Source: an uncultured Ruminococcus sp.
GTDB lineage: Bacteria > Bacillota > Clostridia > Oscillospirales > Ruminococcaceae
Direction of reading: 5' to 3'
Length of the DNA: 64,000 bases
Assembly: GCA_937920725.1 (NCBI GenBank)
Contig: CALEUW010000018.1
Location: forward strand, 123,447-187,446
Shown here: piece after piece, positions 21,189 to 30,753 of the stretch
Position numbering within the stretch: position 1 is the stretch's first letter
Layout of the letters: the number at the start of each line of letters is the position of its first letter
Position numbers and translations under genes: made by a program
The notes under the pieces: generated by a model
Told to the model about the DNA's origin: nothing
Database searches by the model: none
What the model saw: the letters and a program-made list of their open reading frames with translations, nothing else

Positions 21189-21395
21189 ATGAATGATAAA
21201 GATATTCCGATTTTGTATAGCAGAAAAGAGGAGTGCTGTGGTTGTACGGCTTGCTTCGCAATCTGTCCCAAATCTGCTATATCAATGGTAGAAGATAAAG
21301 AAGGTTTTGAATATCCGCAGGTTGATGAACAAAAATGTGTGCGATGCTATAAATGTCTGAATGTTTGTCCTATCAAATTAGTTCGATTGGGATAG
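21189..21395 (+). CDS. 4Fe-4S dicluster ferredoxin-domain protein
   Basis: CCGCTACFAICP ... CVRCYKCLNVCP, two CxxCxxCxxxCP motifs. It resembles the N-terminal domain normally fused to FrhB-like proteins. Confidence 0.6.
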   Translation: MNDKDIPILYSRKEECCGCTACFAICPKSAISMVEDKEGFEYPQVDEQKCVRCYKCLNVCPIKLVRLG

Positions 21396-21554
21396 TTGGA
21401 ATACACTAAAATATTAGAAAACAAGCAAATAAAAAAACAATACACCGTCATACAACACCCTATGAATTTAAGGCAAGTAATTCTTGTTTGCAATATTAGT
21501 TTTTAATGCTAGACTAAGTAAAAAATATTATAACAACGACTATTTCCCCCGCCT

Positions 21555-21618
21555 CTAAGGCTAAGGAGCTAATGCTCGGTCGTTTGTTGAATGACGGGGT
21601 GTTGCCCCTTATCGAAAC
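21555..21618 (+). promoter_or_regulatory. conserved structured 5' leader element, copy 1 (upstream of rfbB)
   Basis: ctaaggctaaggagctaatgctcggtcgtttgttgaatgacggggtgttgccccttatcg, near-identical to 53541-53598. Two hairpins differ from the other copy by compensatory changes (GAGC-UAAU-GCUC here vs GGGC-UUAA-GCCC; GGGGU-GUU-GCCCC vs GGGGC-GUU-GCCCC). Confidence 0.45.
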
Positions 21619-21639
21619 AAAACTTAAGAGGATTTCAAA

Positions 21640-22623
21640 ATGACCATATTAATAACCGGCGGAGCAGGATTTATCGGCTCCAATTTTATTTATTATATTT
21701 TGCAGAAATATCCCGACTATAGGGTAGTTTGCCTTGATAAACTCACTTATGCCGGTAATTTGTTTACGCTTGAAAATGCTTTGAATAATCCCAAATTTCG
21801 TTTTGTGAAGGCGGATATTTGCGATGAATCAGCAGTTAAAATAATTTTTGATGAAGAACGCCCTGGCATTGTCGTAAACTTTGCGGCAGAAAGCCATGTG
21901 GACAGAAGTATCGAAAATCCCGCTGTTTTTCTTAAAACCAATATTTTGGGTGTGCAGGTTTTAATGGATGCTTGTTTAAAATATGGCGTTTCAAGATTTC
22001 ATCAGGTTTCAACTGATGAGGTGTACGGAGATTTGTCGCTTGATAAACCCGATATGCGTTTTACGGAAAATTCGCCTTTAAATCCGTCAAGTCCGTACAG
22101 CGCTTCCAAAGCGTCAGCAGATTTGCTGGTGCTTTCATATTACAAAACCTATGGATTGAGCGTTAGCATAAGCCGCAGCAGCAATAATTTCGGACCGTAT
22201 CAATTTCCCGAAAAGCTGATTCCGCTTATGATCAAAAATGCGCTTGAGAATAAGTCGTTGCCTGTTTACGGCGACGGAAAAAATATTCGTGACTGGATCT
22301 ATGTGACTGATCATTGCAAAGCGATAGATTTAATTGTTCATAGCGGCAGAGTGGGCGAGATTTACAATATCGGCGCAAATAATGAAATGAGTAATATAAG
22401 TCTTGTAAGGCTTATTTGCAAGGAGTTTAACAAGCCTGAAAGTCTTATAAGCTATGTTGAGGACAGGAAGGGCCACGACCGCAGATATGCCGTGGACTCA
22501 TCAAAGCTAAAAAATGAGTTTGGCTGGAAAGCAGAAACGGATTTTTTATCAGGCTTTAAAGATACAATAAATTGGTATTTAAATAATCGTAAGTGGTGGA
22601 TGAATATCGGTGGAAACAACTAA
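21640..22623 (+). CDS. rfbB: dTDP-glucose 4,6-dehydratase
   Basis: MTILITGGAGFIGSNF...VVCLDKLTYAGN...YSASKASADLLV...; RBS AAGAGG. Confidence 0.9.
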   Translation: MTILITGGAGFIGSNFIYYILQKYPDYRVVCLDKLTYAGNLFTLENALNNPKFRFVKADICDESAVKIIFDEERPGIVVNFAAESHVDRSIENPAVFLKTNILGVQVLMDACLKYGVSRFHQVSTDEVYGDLSLDKPDMRFTENSPLNPSSPYSASKASADLLVLSYYKTYGLSVSISRSSNNFGPYQFPEKLIPLMIKNALENKSLPVYGDGKNIRDWIYVTDHCKAIDLIVHSGRVGEIYNIGANNEMSNISLVRLICKEFNKPESLISYVEDRKGHDRRYAVDSSKLKNEFGWKAETDFLSGFKDTINWYLNNRKWWMNIGGNN

Positions 22624-22657
22624 CCCCTTAAAGCTATCAAAAGCTCTAAGGGGTTTT
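22624..22657. terminator. hairpin terminator between convergent rfbB and trpA
   Basis: cccctta...taagggg followed by TTTT. Confidence 0.55.
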
Positions 22658-22681
22658 GTCATATCAAAATGTGTCAATAGC

Positions 22682-23467
22682 CTACATCGCATCTTTTAGT
22701 TTTTTTACAAATTCGCCGACCTTGTCTGCTGAATTTTCGCCAAATTCTTCGATGATCTTTACTATTGCACTGCCGACAATTACGCCATCGCAGTATTTGG
22801 ACATCTTGCCTGCCTGTTCGGGAGATGAAATTCCGAATCCAACGCAAGCCGGGCAGGAAACGTTTTTGTTAATAAGCGAAAAAAACTCATCAAAATTTGT
22901 TTTAAACTCAGTTCTTGTTCCAGTAACTCCTATAGAAGAAACGCAGTACAAAAATCCGCTGCTGTTTGATGCGATTTCCGTAATTCTGTTATGGGAAGTA
23001 GGTGCGACAAGACTTATATTGTAAATTCCGTATTTGTTCGCAGCGTCCAGTATTTCATCTCGCTCTTCATAAGGCATATCGGGAACAATAACTCCGTCAA
23101 TTTCATAATTCTTGCAATTTTTAAAGAACTTTTCTTTCCCGTAAACAAAAATTGTGTTTAAGTACATCATCAAAAGCAAAGGCTTATCTGTTTTTTTGCG
23201 AATACTCTTTACCAAATCGAAGATCGTGTCTAGTGTTGTGCCTTTTGAAAGTGAGCGAAGAGATGATTTTTGTATGGTCACGCCCTCTGCAATAGGATCG
23301 GAAAAGGGAACGCCGAGTTCAACTATGTCCGCACCGTTTTCAAACATAGAAAGTACGATTTTTTCTGTTGATTCCATATCAGGATCGCCTGCTGTTACGA
23401 ATGTAATAAGAGCTTTTTTTCCATTTGACTTAAGAGAGTCAAAACACTTGTCAATTCTATTGCTCAT
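22682..23467 (-). CDS. trpA: tryptophan synthase alpha chain
   Basis: ...[10 protein letters not shown]...[14 protein letters not shown]... Confidence 0.9.
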   Translation of the reverse strand: MSNRIDKCFDSLKSNGKKALITFVTAGDPDMESTEKIVLSMFENGADIVELGVPFSDPIAEGVTIQKSSLRSLSKGTTLDTIFDLVKSIRKKTDKPLLLMMYLNTIFVYGKEKFFKNCKNYEIDGVIVPDMPYEERDEILDAANKYGIYNISLVAPTSHNRITEIASNSSGFLYCVSSIGVTGTRTEFKTNFDEFFSLINKNVSCPACVGFGISSPEQAGKMSKYCDGVIVGSAIVKIIEEFGENSADKVGEFVKKLKDAM

Positions 23468-24647
23468 CTATATCAACCTCCCTGTATTTTGCGACAGAGT
23501 ATACGTCCTTGTCGCCTCGTCCCGAAAGATTTATAACTAAAATCTGATCAATCTCCATTGTCGGTGCAATTTTTAATGCTGCCGCAACAGCATGAGCCGA
23601 TTCTATAGCCGGAATAATTCCTTCGGTTTTTGATAAATACTCGAACGCACAAACCGCTTCTTCATCTGTTATATCAACATATTCCGCTCTTTTTGTTTCG
23701 TAAAGATAAGCGTGTTCAGGACCTATTCCCGGATAATCAAGCCCTGCTGAAATAGAGTATACAGGATCAATCTGCCCGTATTCGTTCTGCAAAAACAGCG
23801 ACTTCATACCGTGAAAAATTCCAACGCTTCCCTTTGTTATCGTTGCAGCGTGTCGGTCAGTATCAACTCCTTTGCCCGCCGCCTCTGCACCGACAAGTCT
23901 TACGCTCTCGTCCTTGATAAAATCGTAAAATGCGCCAATTGCATTAGACCCTCCACCGACGCAGGCAACAACGCAGTCGGGAAGCTTGCCTTCGGCCTCC
24001 GTTATCTGGCTTCTTATTTCCTCTGAGATTATCTTTTGAAAATCTCTTACGATCTCAGGGTAGGGGTGAGGACCCATAACTGAGCCTATGCAATAAAATG
24101 TTGAGTCGATGTTTGAACACCAGTCCCTTATAGCTTCATTTATTGCGTCTTTAAGTGTTGCCGTTCCGCTGTCTACACCTGTTACCTTTGCGCCTAAAAG
24201 ATTCATTCTGTATACGTTAAGCGATTGCCTTTTCATGTCTTCGCTTCCCATATAAACCTCGCATTCAAGTCCCATAAGAGCACAAACTGTTGCTGTTGCA
24301 ACTCCGTGCTGACCTGCTCCTGTTTCGGCAATAATTCTCTTTTTGCCCATTTTTTTTGCAAGGAGAATCTGCCCTAGAACGTTGTTGATTTTGTGTGCTC
24401 CCGTATGATTAAGATCTTCACGCTTAATATAAATCTTTGCACCGCCTAGATCTTTAGTCATTCGTTCAGCGTAATAAAGCATAGAAGGACGATTTGCATA
24501 TGTTTTATAAAGTTCTGTCAGCTCATGTTTAAACTCGGGGTCGTTTTTGTATTTTTCATAAGCGTCATTTAATTCATTCACAGCGTTCATTACTGTTTCG
24601 GGAACGTATTGACCGCCGAATTTTCCGTATCTTCCGATTTTACTCAT
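23457..24647 (-). CDS. trpB: tryptophan synthase beta chain
   Basis: ...[13 protein letters not shown]...[14 protein letters not shown]... Confidence 0.95.
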   Translation of the reverse strand: MSKIGRYGKFGGQYVPETVMNAVNELNDAYEKYKNDPEFKHELTELYKTYANRPSMLYYAERMTKDLGGAKIYIKREDLNHTGAHKINNVLGQILLAKKMGKKRIIAETGAGQHGVATATVCALMGLECEVYMGSEDMKRQSLNVYRMNLLGAKVTGVDSGTATLKDAINEAIRDWCSNIDSTFYCIGSVMGPHPYPEIVRDFQKIISEEIRSQITEAEGKLPDCVVACVGGGSNAIGAFYDFIKDESVRLVGAEAAGKGVDTDRHAATITKGSVGIFHGMKSLFLQNEYGQIDPVYSISAGLDYPGIGPEHAYLYETKRAEYVDITDEEAVCAFEYLSKTEGIIPAIESAHAVAAALKIAPTMEIDQILVINLSGRGDKDVYSVAKYREVDIDEQ

Positions 24648-25266
24648 ACTTTTCTTCCTTTCTTATTTTTTGAATCAGCTCTTTAATTTTAAGCCTATCT
24701 TTATAACCGTTCGTTTCAACGGAGCTTGAAACGTCAACACAAAATGGTGAAAGCTCATCTATTGCGTCTGAAACGTTATAAGATGATATACCGCCGGCTA
24801 AGAAAAAGGGCTTATTTATTTTTGCTTTTTTTATTATCGACCAATCTGCAATCTTTCCCGTTCCGCCGTATTCGCCTTCCTTATAAGCGTCTATAAGCAG
24901 GTAGTCACAGGGGTAATCGTTAAAGCGTTCTATATCACCATGCCGCCTTGCTCTTATTGCTTTTATGGTTGTTTTTCCGCTTTCTTTCCTAAGTTTCTCG
25001 GCATATTCAAAGCTTTCATCGCCGTGAAGCTGTAAGACGTCCAAATACAAAGCGTAATTAAGTATGCTGTCATATGTTTCGTTTACAAATACTCCAACTT
25101 TTTTAATTTTTGAATCAATGTTTTTGGCAAGGTTTAAAAAATCCTCTTTTGCAACAGTTCGTCTAAAGCCGTTTGAAATAATAAATCCCGCAAAGTCAGG
25201 CAGAAATGAATTTATTATATCAACATCTTCTTTTCGTCTTAGTCCGCATATTTTTATCTTTGTCAT
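24640..25266 (-). CDS. trpF: phosphoribosylanthranilate isomerase
   Basis: [11 protein letters not shown]...LQLHGDES... Confidence 0.85.
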   Translation of the reverse strand: MTKIKICGLRRKEDVDIINSFLPDFAGFIISNGFRRTVAKEDFLNLAKNIDSKIKKVGVFVNETYDSILNYALYLDVLQLHGDESFEYAEKLRKESGKTTIKAIRARRHGDIERFNDYPCDYLLIDAYKEGEYGGTGKIADWSIIKKAKINKPFFLAGGISSYNVSDAIDELSPFCVDVSSSVETNGYKDRLKIKELIQKIRKEEKYE

Positions 25267-26042
25267 ACGCCCTCCGTAAGAGATGAAAAGGTATCTTTTA
25301 TGCTGTCTGAGCGCATCAGGGTTTCGCCTATTAGAACTGCGTCTGTGCCAAATGCTCTAAGCTCTTTCATATCATCGTTAGTTTTTATTCCGCTTTCAGA
25401 TATTTTTATTTTGTCTTTGCCGATTTTAGCAATCAGCCGTTTTGTTGTTTCAAGCTCAACCTCAAATGTTTTAAGATTTCTGTTGTTTATGCCTATTACC
25501 TCAGCGTCGAGCTTCATCGCTCTTTCAAGCTCCGTTTCATCATGAACCTCAACCAGAGCTTTCATTCCGAGTGAGTGTGTAATTTTTAAAAATTCGCACA
25601 GCTTATTATTGTCAAGAGTCGCTGCTATAAGTAAAACAGCAGATGCTCCGAGAACTCTTGCGTGGTAAATCTGATACTCGTCAACAATAAAATCCTTTCG
25701 CAAAACCGGGATTTTTACTTTACTTGCGATTTTTTCAAGATATTCGTTCGATCCTTTAAAATAATGCTCCTCGGTAAGGCATGAAATAGCTGCTGCTCCG
25801 ACCTTCTCGTATTCGATTGCAGTATTTAACGGATCAAAGCATTCGGAAATTATTCCTTTTGAGGGAGAGGCTTTTTTTACCTCGCAGATGAGTTTGAGTC
25901 TATCACCCTTTAAATTTTTCGCAAAGTCATATATTGCTTTGTCTGAAGATTCAGCAAGAGTTTTTATTTTATCTTCGGGAACTTCAGATTTTTCCCGCTC
26001 AAGCTGCTCAAATCTTGTTTTTATAATATCGTCAAGAATCAT
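25263..26042 (-). CDS. trpC: indole-3-glycerol phosphate synthase
   Basis: ...EVKKASPSKGII... Confidence 0.9.
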   Translation of the reverse strand: MILDDIIKTRFEQLEREKSEVPEDKIKTLAESSDKAIYDFAKNLKGDRLKLICEVKKASPSKGIISECFDPLNTAIEYEKVGAAAISCLTEEHYFKGSNEYLEKIASKVKIPVLRKDFIVDEYQIYHARVLGASAVLLIAATLDNNKLCEFLKITHSLGMKALVEVHDETELERAMKLDAEVIGINNRNLKTFEVELETTKRLIAKIGKDKIKISESGIKTNDDMKELRAFGTDAVLIGETLMRSDSIKDTFSSLTEGV

Positions 26043-26043
26043 A

Positions 26044-27684
26044 TTACTGCACCTTATTTGTGTACTCTATAAGCTCGTTTAATTTTTCCATTGCTTTTCC
26101 CGAATCAATAAGCTCGCCTGCAAGCTTTACACCGTCTGTTATGGATTTAGCTTTTCCTGTGACGTATAAAGCACAGCCGGCATTCAGCATAACAATATCA
26201 CGTTTTGCACCTGTATCCTCGCCCTTTAATACAGACAGAGTAATCTTAGCGTTGTCCTCAGGTTCTCCTCCGACAACCTCCGACTTATCTGCTCTCTTAA
26301 GACCAAACTGTTCGGGGCATATTTCGTATCGGATAATATTACCGTTATTTATCTCAACAACGCTTGTTGAATCAGAAATTGAGATTTCATCAATTTTATC
26401 ATTTCCGTATACGACTATTCCTCGCTCAACGCCTACATTTATTAAAACCTTAGCGACCGTTTCCATTATATCTTTAGAGAAAACACCCATTATCATGTAT
26501 TTCGGGGAAGCCGGATTTATAAGAGGCCCTAAAATGTTAAAGACCATTCTGATACCAATTTGCTTTCTTACAGGTCCAACAAGTTTCATGGCTCTGTGAT
26601 AGTTCGGTGCAAATAAAAATGCAATTCCAAGTTTTTTAAGTGTTTTTGCTGCTGACTCGGGAGTGCTTTGTATTTTAACTCCGAGCGCTTCTAAACAATC
26701 TGCCGCTCCGCTTTTTGAGGATGCGCTTCTGTTGCCATGTTTAGCAACTGTTGCACCGGATGATGCAATTACAAAAGAAGAGGTGGTTGAAATATTAAAG
26801 CTGTTTGATAGGTCGCCTCCGGTTCCTACTATGTCAAGCGAATCTTCAAATCCTTTTATTATAGCAGCTTTTTCTCTCATTACTTTAACAAATGCCGTTA
26901 TCTCATCTGCTGTTTCACCCTTTATTGCAAGAGCAGTAAAAAAAGCAGCCGACTGAGCGTTTGTTGCTCTGTCACTCATTATTATGTTCATGGCATCAAA
27001 CGCTTCTGCTTCTGAAAGATCGTTTCCGTCATAAACCTTTTGAATGTACTTTTTAAGCTCATATCTTTGATTATCGGCAAGAGGCTGATTCTCGTCAGTA
27101 TCCGTTTTCAGCCCAATTACGTTATTTAAAAAGTTTTTGATGATAGTCATTCCATCGTTCGTCAGGATAGATTCAGGGTGAAACTGCACGCCATAGGTAT
27201 CATATTCCTTGTGTTTAAGAGCCATGATCTCGCCGTCTGAATCCTCTGCGATAACTGAAAGCTCATCGGGAAGGGAAGATCTTTCTACAATTAAAGAGTG
27301 GTATCTTGCTACGGTTATATTTTCTTTTAAGCCTTTAAATAATGGCGAGCCAGTATTTATTTTAATTATAGAGGATTTGCCATGAAGCTGTTTTTTTGCG
27401 ACAACAACCTTACCTCCAAATGCTTCGGCTATTGATTGATGCCCAAGGCAAACTCCGAGTATGGGAACATTCTTTGCAAATCTTTTTATAACATCAATAG
27501 AAATTCCGGCATCTTTTGGGAAAGCAGGCCCCGGCGAAATAACTATTGCATCGGGATTTAGCTTTTCAATTTCTTGAAGCGTTATCTCATCGTTTCTGAA
27601 AACCTTAATATCGGTATGAAGCTGACCTATATACTGATATAGGTTATAGGTAAAGCTGTCATAATTATCTATCATTACAATCAT
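26044..27684 (-). CDS. trpGD: fused anthranilate synthase component II (glutamine amidotransferase) / anthranilate phosphoribosyltransferase
   Basis: N-terminal GATase (...GVCLGHQSIAEAFGG...) and C-terminal TrpD (...GTGGDLSNSFNISTTSSFVIASSGATVAKHGNRS...). Confidence 0.9.
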   Translation of the reverse strand: MIVMIDNYDSFTYNLYQYIGQLHTDIKVFRNDEITLQEIEKLNPDAIVISPGPAFPKDAGISIDVIKRFAKNVPILGVCLGHQSIAEAFGGKVVVAKKQLHGKSSIIKINTGSPLFKGLKENITVARYHSLIVERSSLPDELSVIAEDSDGEIMALKHKEYDTYGVQFHPESILTNDGMTIIKNFLNNVIGLKTDTDENQPLADNQRYELKKYIQKVYDGNDLSEAEAFDAMNIIMSDRATNAQSAAFFTALAIKGETADEITAFVKVMREKAAIIKGFEDSLDIVGTGGDLSNSFNISTTSSFVIASSGATVAKHGNRSASSKSGAADCLEALGVKIQSTPESAAKTLKKLGIAFLFAPNYHRAMKLVGPVRKQIGIRMVFNILGPLINPASPKYMIMGVFSKDIMETVAKVLINVGVERGIVVYGNDKIDEISISDSTSVVEINNGNIIRYEICPEQFGLKRADKSEVVGGEPEDNAKITLSVLKGEDTGAKRDIVMLNAGCALYVTGKAKSITDGVKLAGELIDSGKAMEKLNELIEYTNKVQ

Positions 27685-27707
27685 TTGTATTTCTTCCTTT
27701 CCTGAGT

Positions 27708-29177
27708 TTAAAGCTCGGCAGCGTCTTTTATTGCGTTTATCACAGCACTTGCCTTGTTACAGGATTCCTGATACTCGTTTTCGCCGACAGAATCTAAAAC
27801 AACTCCGCCGCCTGCCTGAACGTATGCTTTGTTGTTTCTGAAGAGCACAGTTCTTATTGCGATACAGGTATCCAAGCTTCCGTCAAAAGCTATATATCCT
27901 ACTGTTCCGCCGTAAAGACCTCTTTTTGTAGGTTCAAGCTCATCAATTATTTCCATGGCTCTTACCTTTGGAGCACCCGAAAGCGTTCCGGCCGGAAGCA
28001 CAGCAGCCAGTGCGTCAAGCGGATTTTTATCATCTGACATTTCACCGGTGCAGTCTGAAACAATATGCATTACCTTTGAGTATCTTTCTATGTGCATAGG
28101 ATCGTGTACTTTAACTGTACCGAATTTTGAAACTTTTCCTATGTCGTTACGTCCGAGGTCTACAAGCATCGTATGTTCTGCAATTTCCTTTGGATCGGAT
28201 AGAAGCGTTTGCTCATTTTTTAGGTCTTCTTCGTCTGTAATACCTCTTTTTATAGTTCCTGCGATTGGTTTTGTTGTAACGGTTTTTCCGACAACTGAAA
28301 CAAGCATTTCAGGTGAAGCGCCTGCAAAAGCATAATCTCCGTGATCAAAGTAATAGAGATATGGACTCGGATTTGTCGCCCTTAACATTCTATAAACGTC
28401 AAAGCTGTCGGGGGGATTTTCTATTTCAAACCGCTGAGAGGGTACAACCTGAAAAATATCTCCCATTTTGATATATTCCTTAGCCTTTTCAACGTTTTTG
28501 ATAAACTGTTCTTTAGTGAGATTTGACTTCACAGTAATCTCACGCTTTTTATGGGTTTCTTTGGTTTTTGGAGTATATCCCTTTAAAACGGAAATTATCT
28601 CATCTTTTCTTTCGTTAAGCTTGCTGTAGGAAAATTCAAAATCCTCATTTGAATGAATATTTAAAATGATAACTGCTTTGTTGCTGAGATGATCGTATGC
28701 AACTACCTCATCATATAAAAACAGATTTGCATCAGGCATATTCAAATCGTCCTTAGGTGGATTGACAAGCGTTTTTTCTACATATCTCACCATGTCATAT
28801 GAAAAATATCCCATAAATCCTCCGGTGAGCTTTGGACGGTTCGGAAAACGAGGAGATTTATAGTTCTTCAGTATTGCGGATAAAAATGAAACCGGAGAAT
28901 CGCATTTTTCCGTTTTTTTGCTGTCACCGTCAATAATGACTGCCAAATGATCTTTTATGACGATTTCCATTTTTGGATTAATTCCTACAAACGAATAGCG
29001 TCCCCATTGGTTTTTATTGTCAACGCTCTCTAAGAAAAAGCAATTTCTATACTTTTCTCTAAGAGCTTTAAACATTTCGATCGGTGTAAACGAATCAATC
29101 AAAATTTCATAGAAGAAGGGGACTGTTTTATATTTTTTTAGCAGCTCCCTTGCTTCGCCTTTTTCAGGATAAAACAT
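27708..29177 (-). CDS. trpE: anthranilate synthase component I
   Basis: ...LVDLGRNDIGKV...GTLSGAPKVRAMEII... Confidence 0.9.
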   Translation of the reverse strand: MFYPEKGEARELLKKYKTVPFFYEILIDSFTPIEMFKALREKYRNCFFLESVDNKNQWGRYSFVGINPKMEIVIKDHLAVIIDGDSKKTEKCDSPVSFLSAILKNYKSPRFPNRPKLTGGFMGYFSYDMVRYVEKTLVNPPKDDLNMPDANLFLYDEVVAYDHLSNKAVIILNIHSNEDFEFSYSKLNERKDEIISVLKGYTPKTKETHKKREITVKSNLTKEQFIKNVEKAKEYIKMGDIFQVVPSQRFEIENPPDSFDVYRMLRATNPSPYLYYFDHGDYAFAGASPEMLVSVVGKTVTTKPIAGTIKRGITDEEDLKNEQTLLSDPKEIAEHTMLVDLGRNDIGKVSKFGTVKVHDPMHIERYSKVMHIVSDCTGEMSDDKNPLDALAAVLPAGTLSGAPKVRAMEIIDELEPTKRGLYGGTVGYIAFDGSLDTCIAIRTVLFRNNKAYVQAGGGVVLDSVGENEYQESCNKASAVINAIKDAAEL

Positions 29178-29189
29178 AACTTTATACCT

Positions 29190-29520
29190 CCGATAAAAAT
29201 TTGCAATAAAAAAAGTCTATCATCCAAAAAGTCATTAAGACTTTATGGGACGATAGACGAAATCCTCGTGGTGCCACCCAATTTCCCGATGTAAAACATC
29301 GGCTCATAAAAAGTACGCAACAGTAAACTGTATCAATACTCCTTTCCTTTAACGCAGAAAACACACGGCTAAGGATAATTTCAAGAATGATTTCACCAAG
29401 CTCCTCACAAATCCATTCGCATAATCTCCGTATGTATCGGACTTCCACCGCCGCCGACTCTCTGTAACATCGTGAAAAAAGCTACTTACCTTTGTTCATA
29501 GGATTTATTTTATTGACTTA
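29190..29520 (-). promoter_or_regulatory. T-box riboswitch leader (tRNA-Trp-type) of the trp operon, with terminator
   Basis: The minus strand carries AAUUGGGUGGCACCACGAG, close to the T-box consensus AAUUAGGGUGGUACCGCG. A terminator hairpin AAAGUCUUAAUGACUUUUU precedes the trpE RBS. A TTGACA-17-TATAAT promoter lies at about 29528-29556 (minus). Confidence 0.75.
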
Positions 29521-29584
29521 AATACATTATATGACGATTTTTATTATTTGTCAATAGTTTTGCTGAAAATTATTAATGCGGTCT

Positions 29585-30679
29585 TTACTGATTCATAATC
29601 TCAGTCAAAAGTGCTGAGTTTTCTCCTGTGCTTGTAAACATACAGCAAGCAAACAGTACGTCTGTTGCTCCGACGTTCTGACAAAACTCAATAGCATTTG
29701 TATCAAAATATCTTATGTCGCAAACATAAATATGTTCGAACGATTGAGTCAAAAACGGAACTAGTGCGTTTCCGAAGCTGTCTTTAAATATAACAAGCGT
29801 CCTTCCGTTTTGAACGTTAGTATCAATTTTCGCAATTTCTCTGTCATCGCCGAGAAATGTGCTATAAGCGTTCTTCATCTCAAAGTCATCGAAAAACAGC
29901 ATACTTTCAACGGGATTTGTAAAATTGCTGTCATAGTATGTGGTGGTAATGCTTTCTAAATTAGCAGGCTTATAGTAAGTAAACAAATCAGGATTTTGGG
30001 ATAGCTCGTTTGACTTTGCAAATCCCTCAAGCGTACCGCAGAAGCCCTCATAATCTATCTTTGTATATGTCGATAGGTCAGGGAACTGATTTACAGCCGC
30101 TCTTTCGGCGAAAACTTCAGCAGCATAATAAGCTCCTAAAGGCTGCCAGTGGTGATCTGTTCTGAAATAAATATATTCATCCGAGTGCTCAGCAAGTGTG
30201 TTGTAAATGTCAACGTCAATTACATTCTCAAGCTGACTTTGAATATTTCTTATATTCTCATATTGACTTGCATATTCGCTTTCGTATTTAGTCGGAAGAT
30301 AATACGCAAAAGCAGTTGGAATGCACATATTATATACGTTTACCATATCTCCGAGCTTTTCTTTGTATGAGTTAAGAGTTTTGGCATATTCCGATCCTCT
30401 TTCAAAGCTTCCGCCGTAAAGCTCAAGCGCTCTGACATTTTCACCGTTTCCGTTTATCATAACTCCGTTATTTTCCCATGCGTCTACAGCGTCAACTTGA
30501 TTTTTACCATTATCAGGCTCTGTAATCTCATCGGTTGTATCCGTATTTGTTATTTTACCTACATCAGACGAATTGTCAGAATCATTCGGCGTTATTGATG
30601 AAACCTCTCCGCTGTCGCAGCCTGTCATAACAGAAGCGGAAAGGATAAGCGCTGCCAAAAACGAAATTAATTTTTTCAT
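29585..30679 (-). CDS. DHHW-family lipoprotein (AlgX/AlgJ-like SGNH fold, putative polysaccharide or cell-wall O-acylation helper)
   Basis: Lipoprotein signal (...ASVMTGCDS) and a conserved ...TDHHWQPLGAYYAAEVF... DHHW motif. Confidence 0.6.
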   Translation of the reverse strand: MKKLISFLAALILSASVMTGCDSGEVSSITPNDSDNSSDVGKITNTDTTDEITEPDNGKNQVDAVDAWENNGVMINGNGENVRALELYGGSFERGSEYAKTLNSYKEKLGDMVNVYNMCIPTAFAYYLPTKYESEYASQYENIRNIQSQLENVIDVDIYNTLAEHSDEYIYFRTDHHWQPLGAYYAAEVFAERAAVNQFPDLSTYTKIDYEGFCGTLEGFAKSNELSQNPDLFTYYKPANLESITTTYYDSNFTNPVESMLFFDDFEMKNAYSTFLGDDREIAKIDTNVQNGRTLVIFKDSFGNALVPFLTQSFEHIYVCDIRYFDTNAIEFCQNVGATDVLFACCMFTSTGENSALLTEIMNQ

Positions 30680-30753
30680 GATATATTGTCTCCTTTTCTG
30701 TATTTATTTCTCTTATTTTAGTATAGCAAATCAAAAATTCCCTGTCAATGCGA

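Noticed and set aside
26060-28335. Several 100-180-aa ORFs antisense to trpGD/trpE (26060..26599 +, 26663..26956 +, 27955..28335 +).
   Set aside because: They are antisense to strongly conserved coding sequence, with S/P/T-rich low-complexity translations and no RBS.
29182-29448. 88-aa minus-strand ORF upstream of trpE.
   Set aside because: It coincides with the T-box leader. The conserved T-box RNA sequence lies inside it, so it is non-coding.
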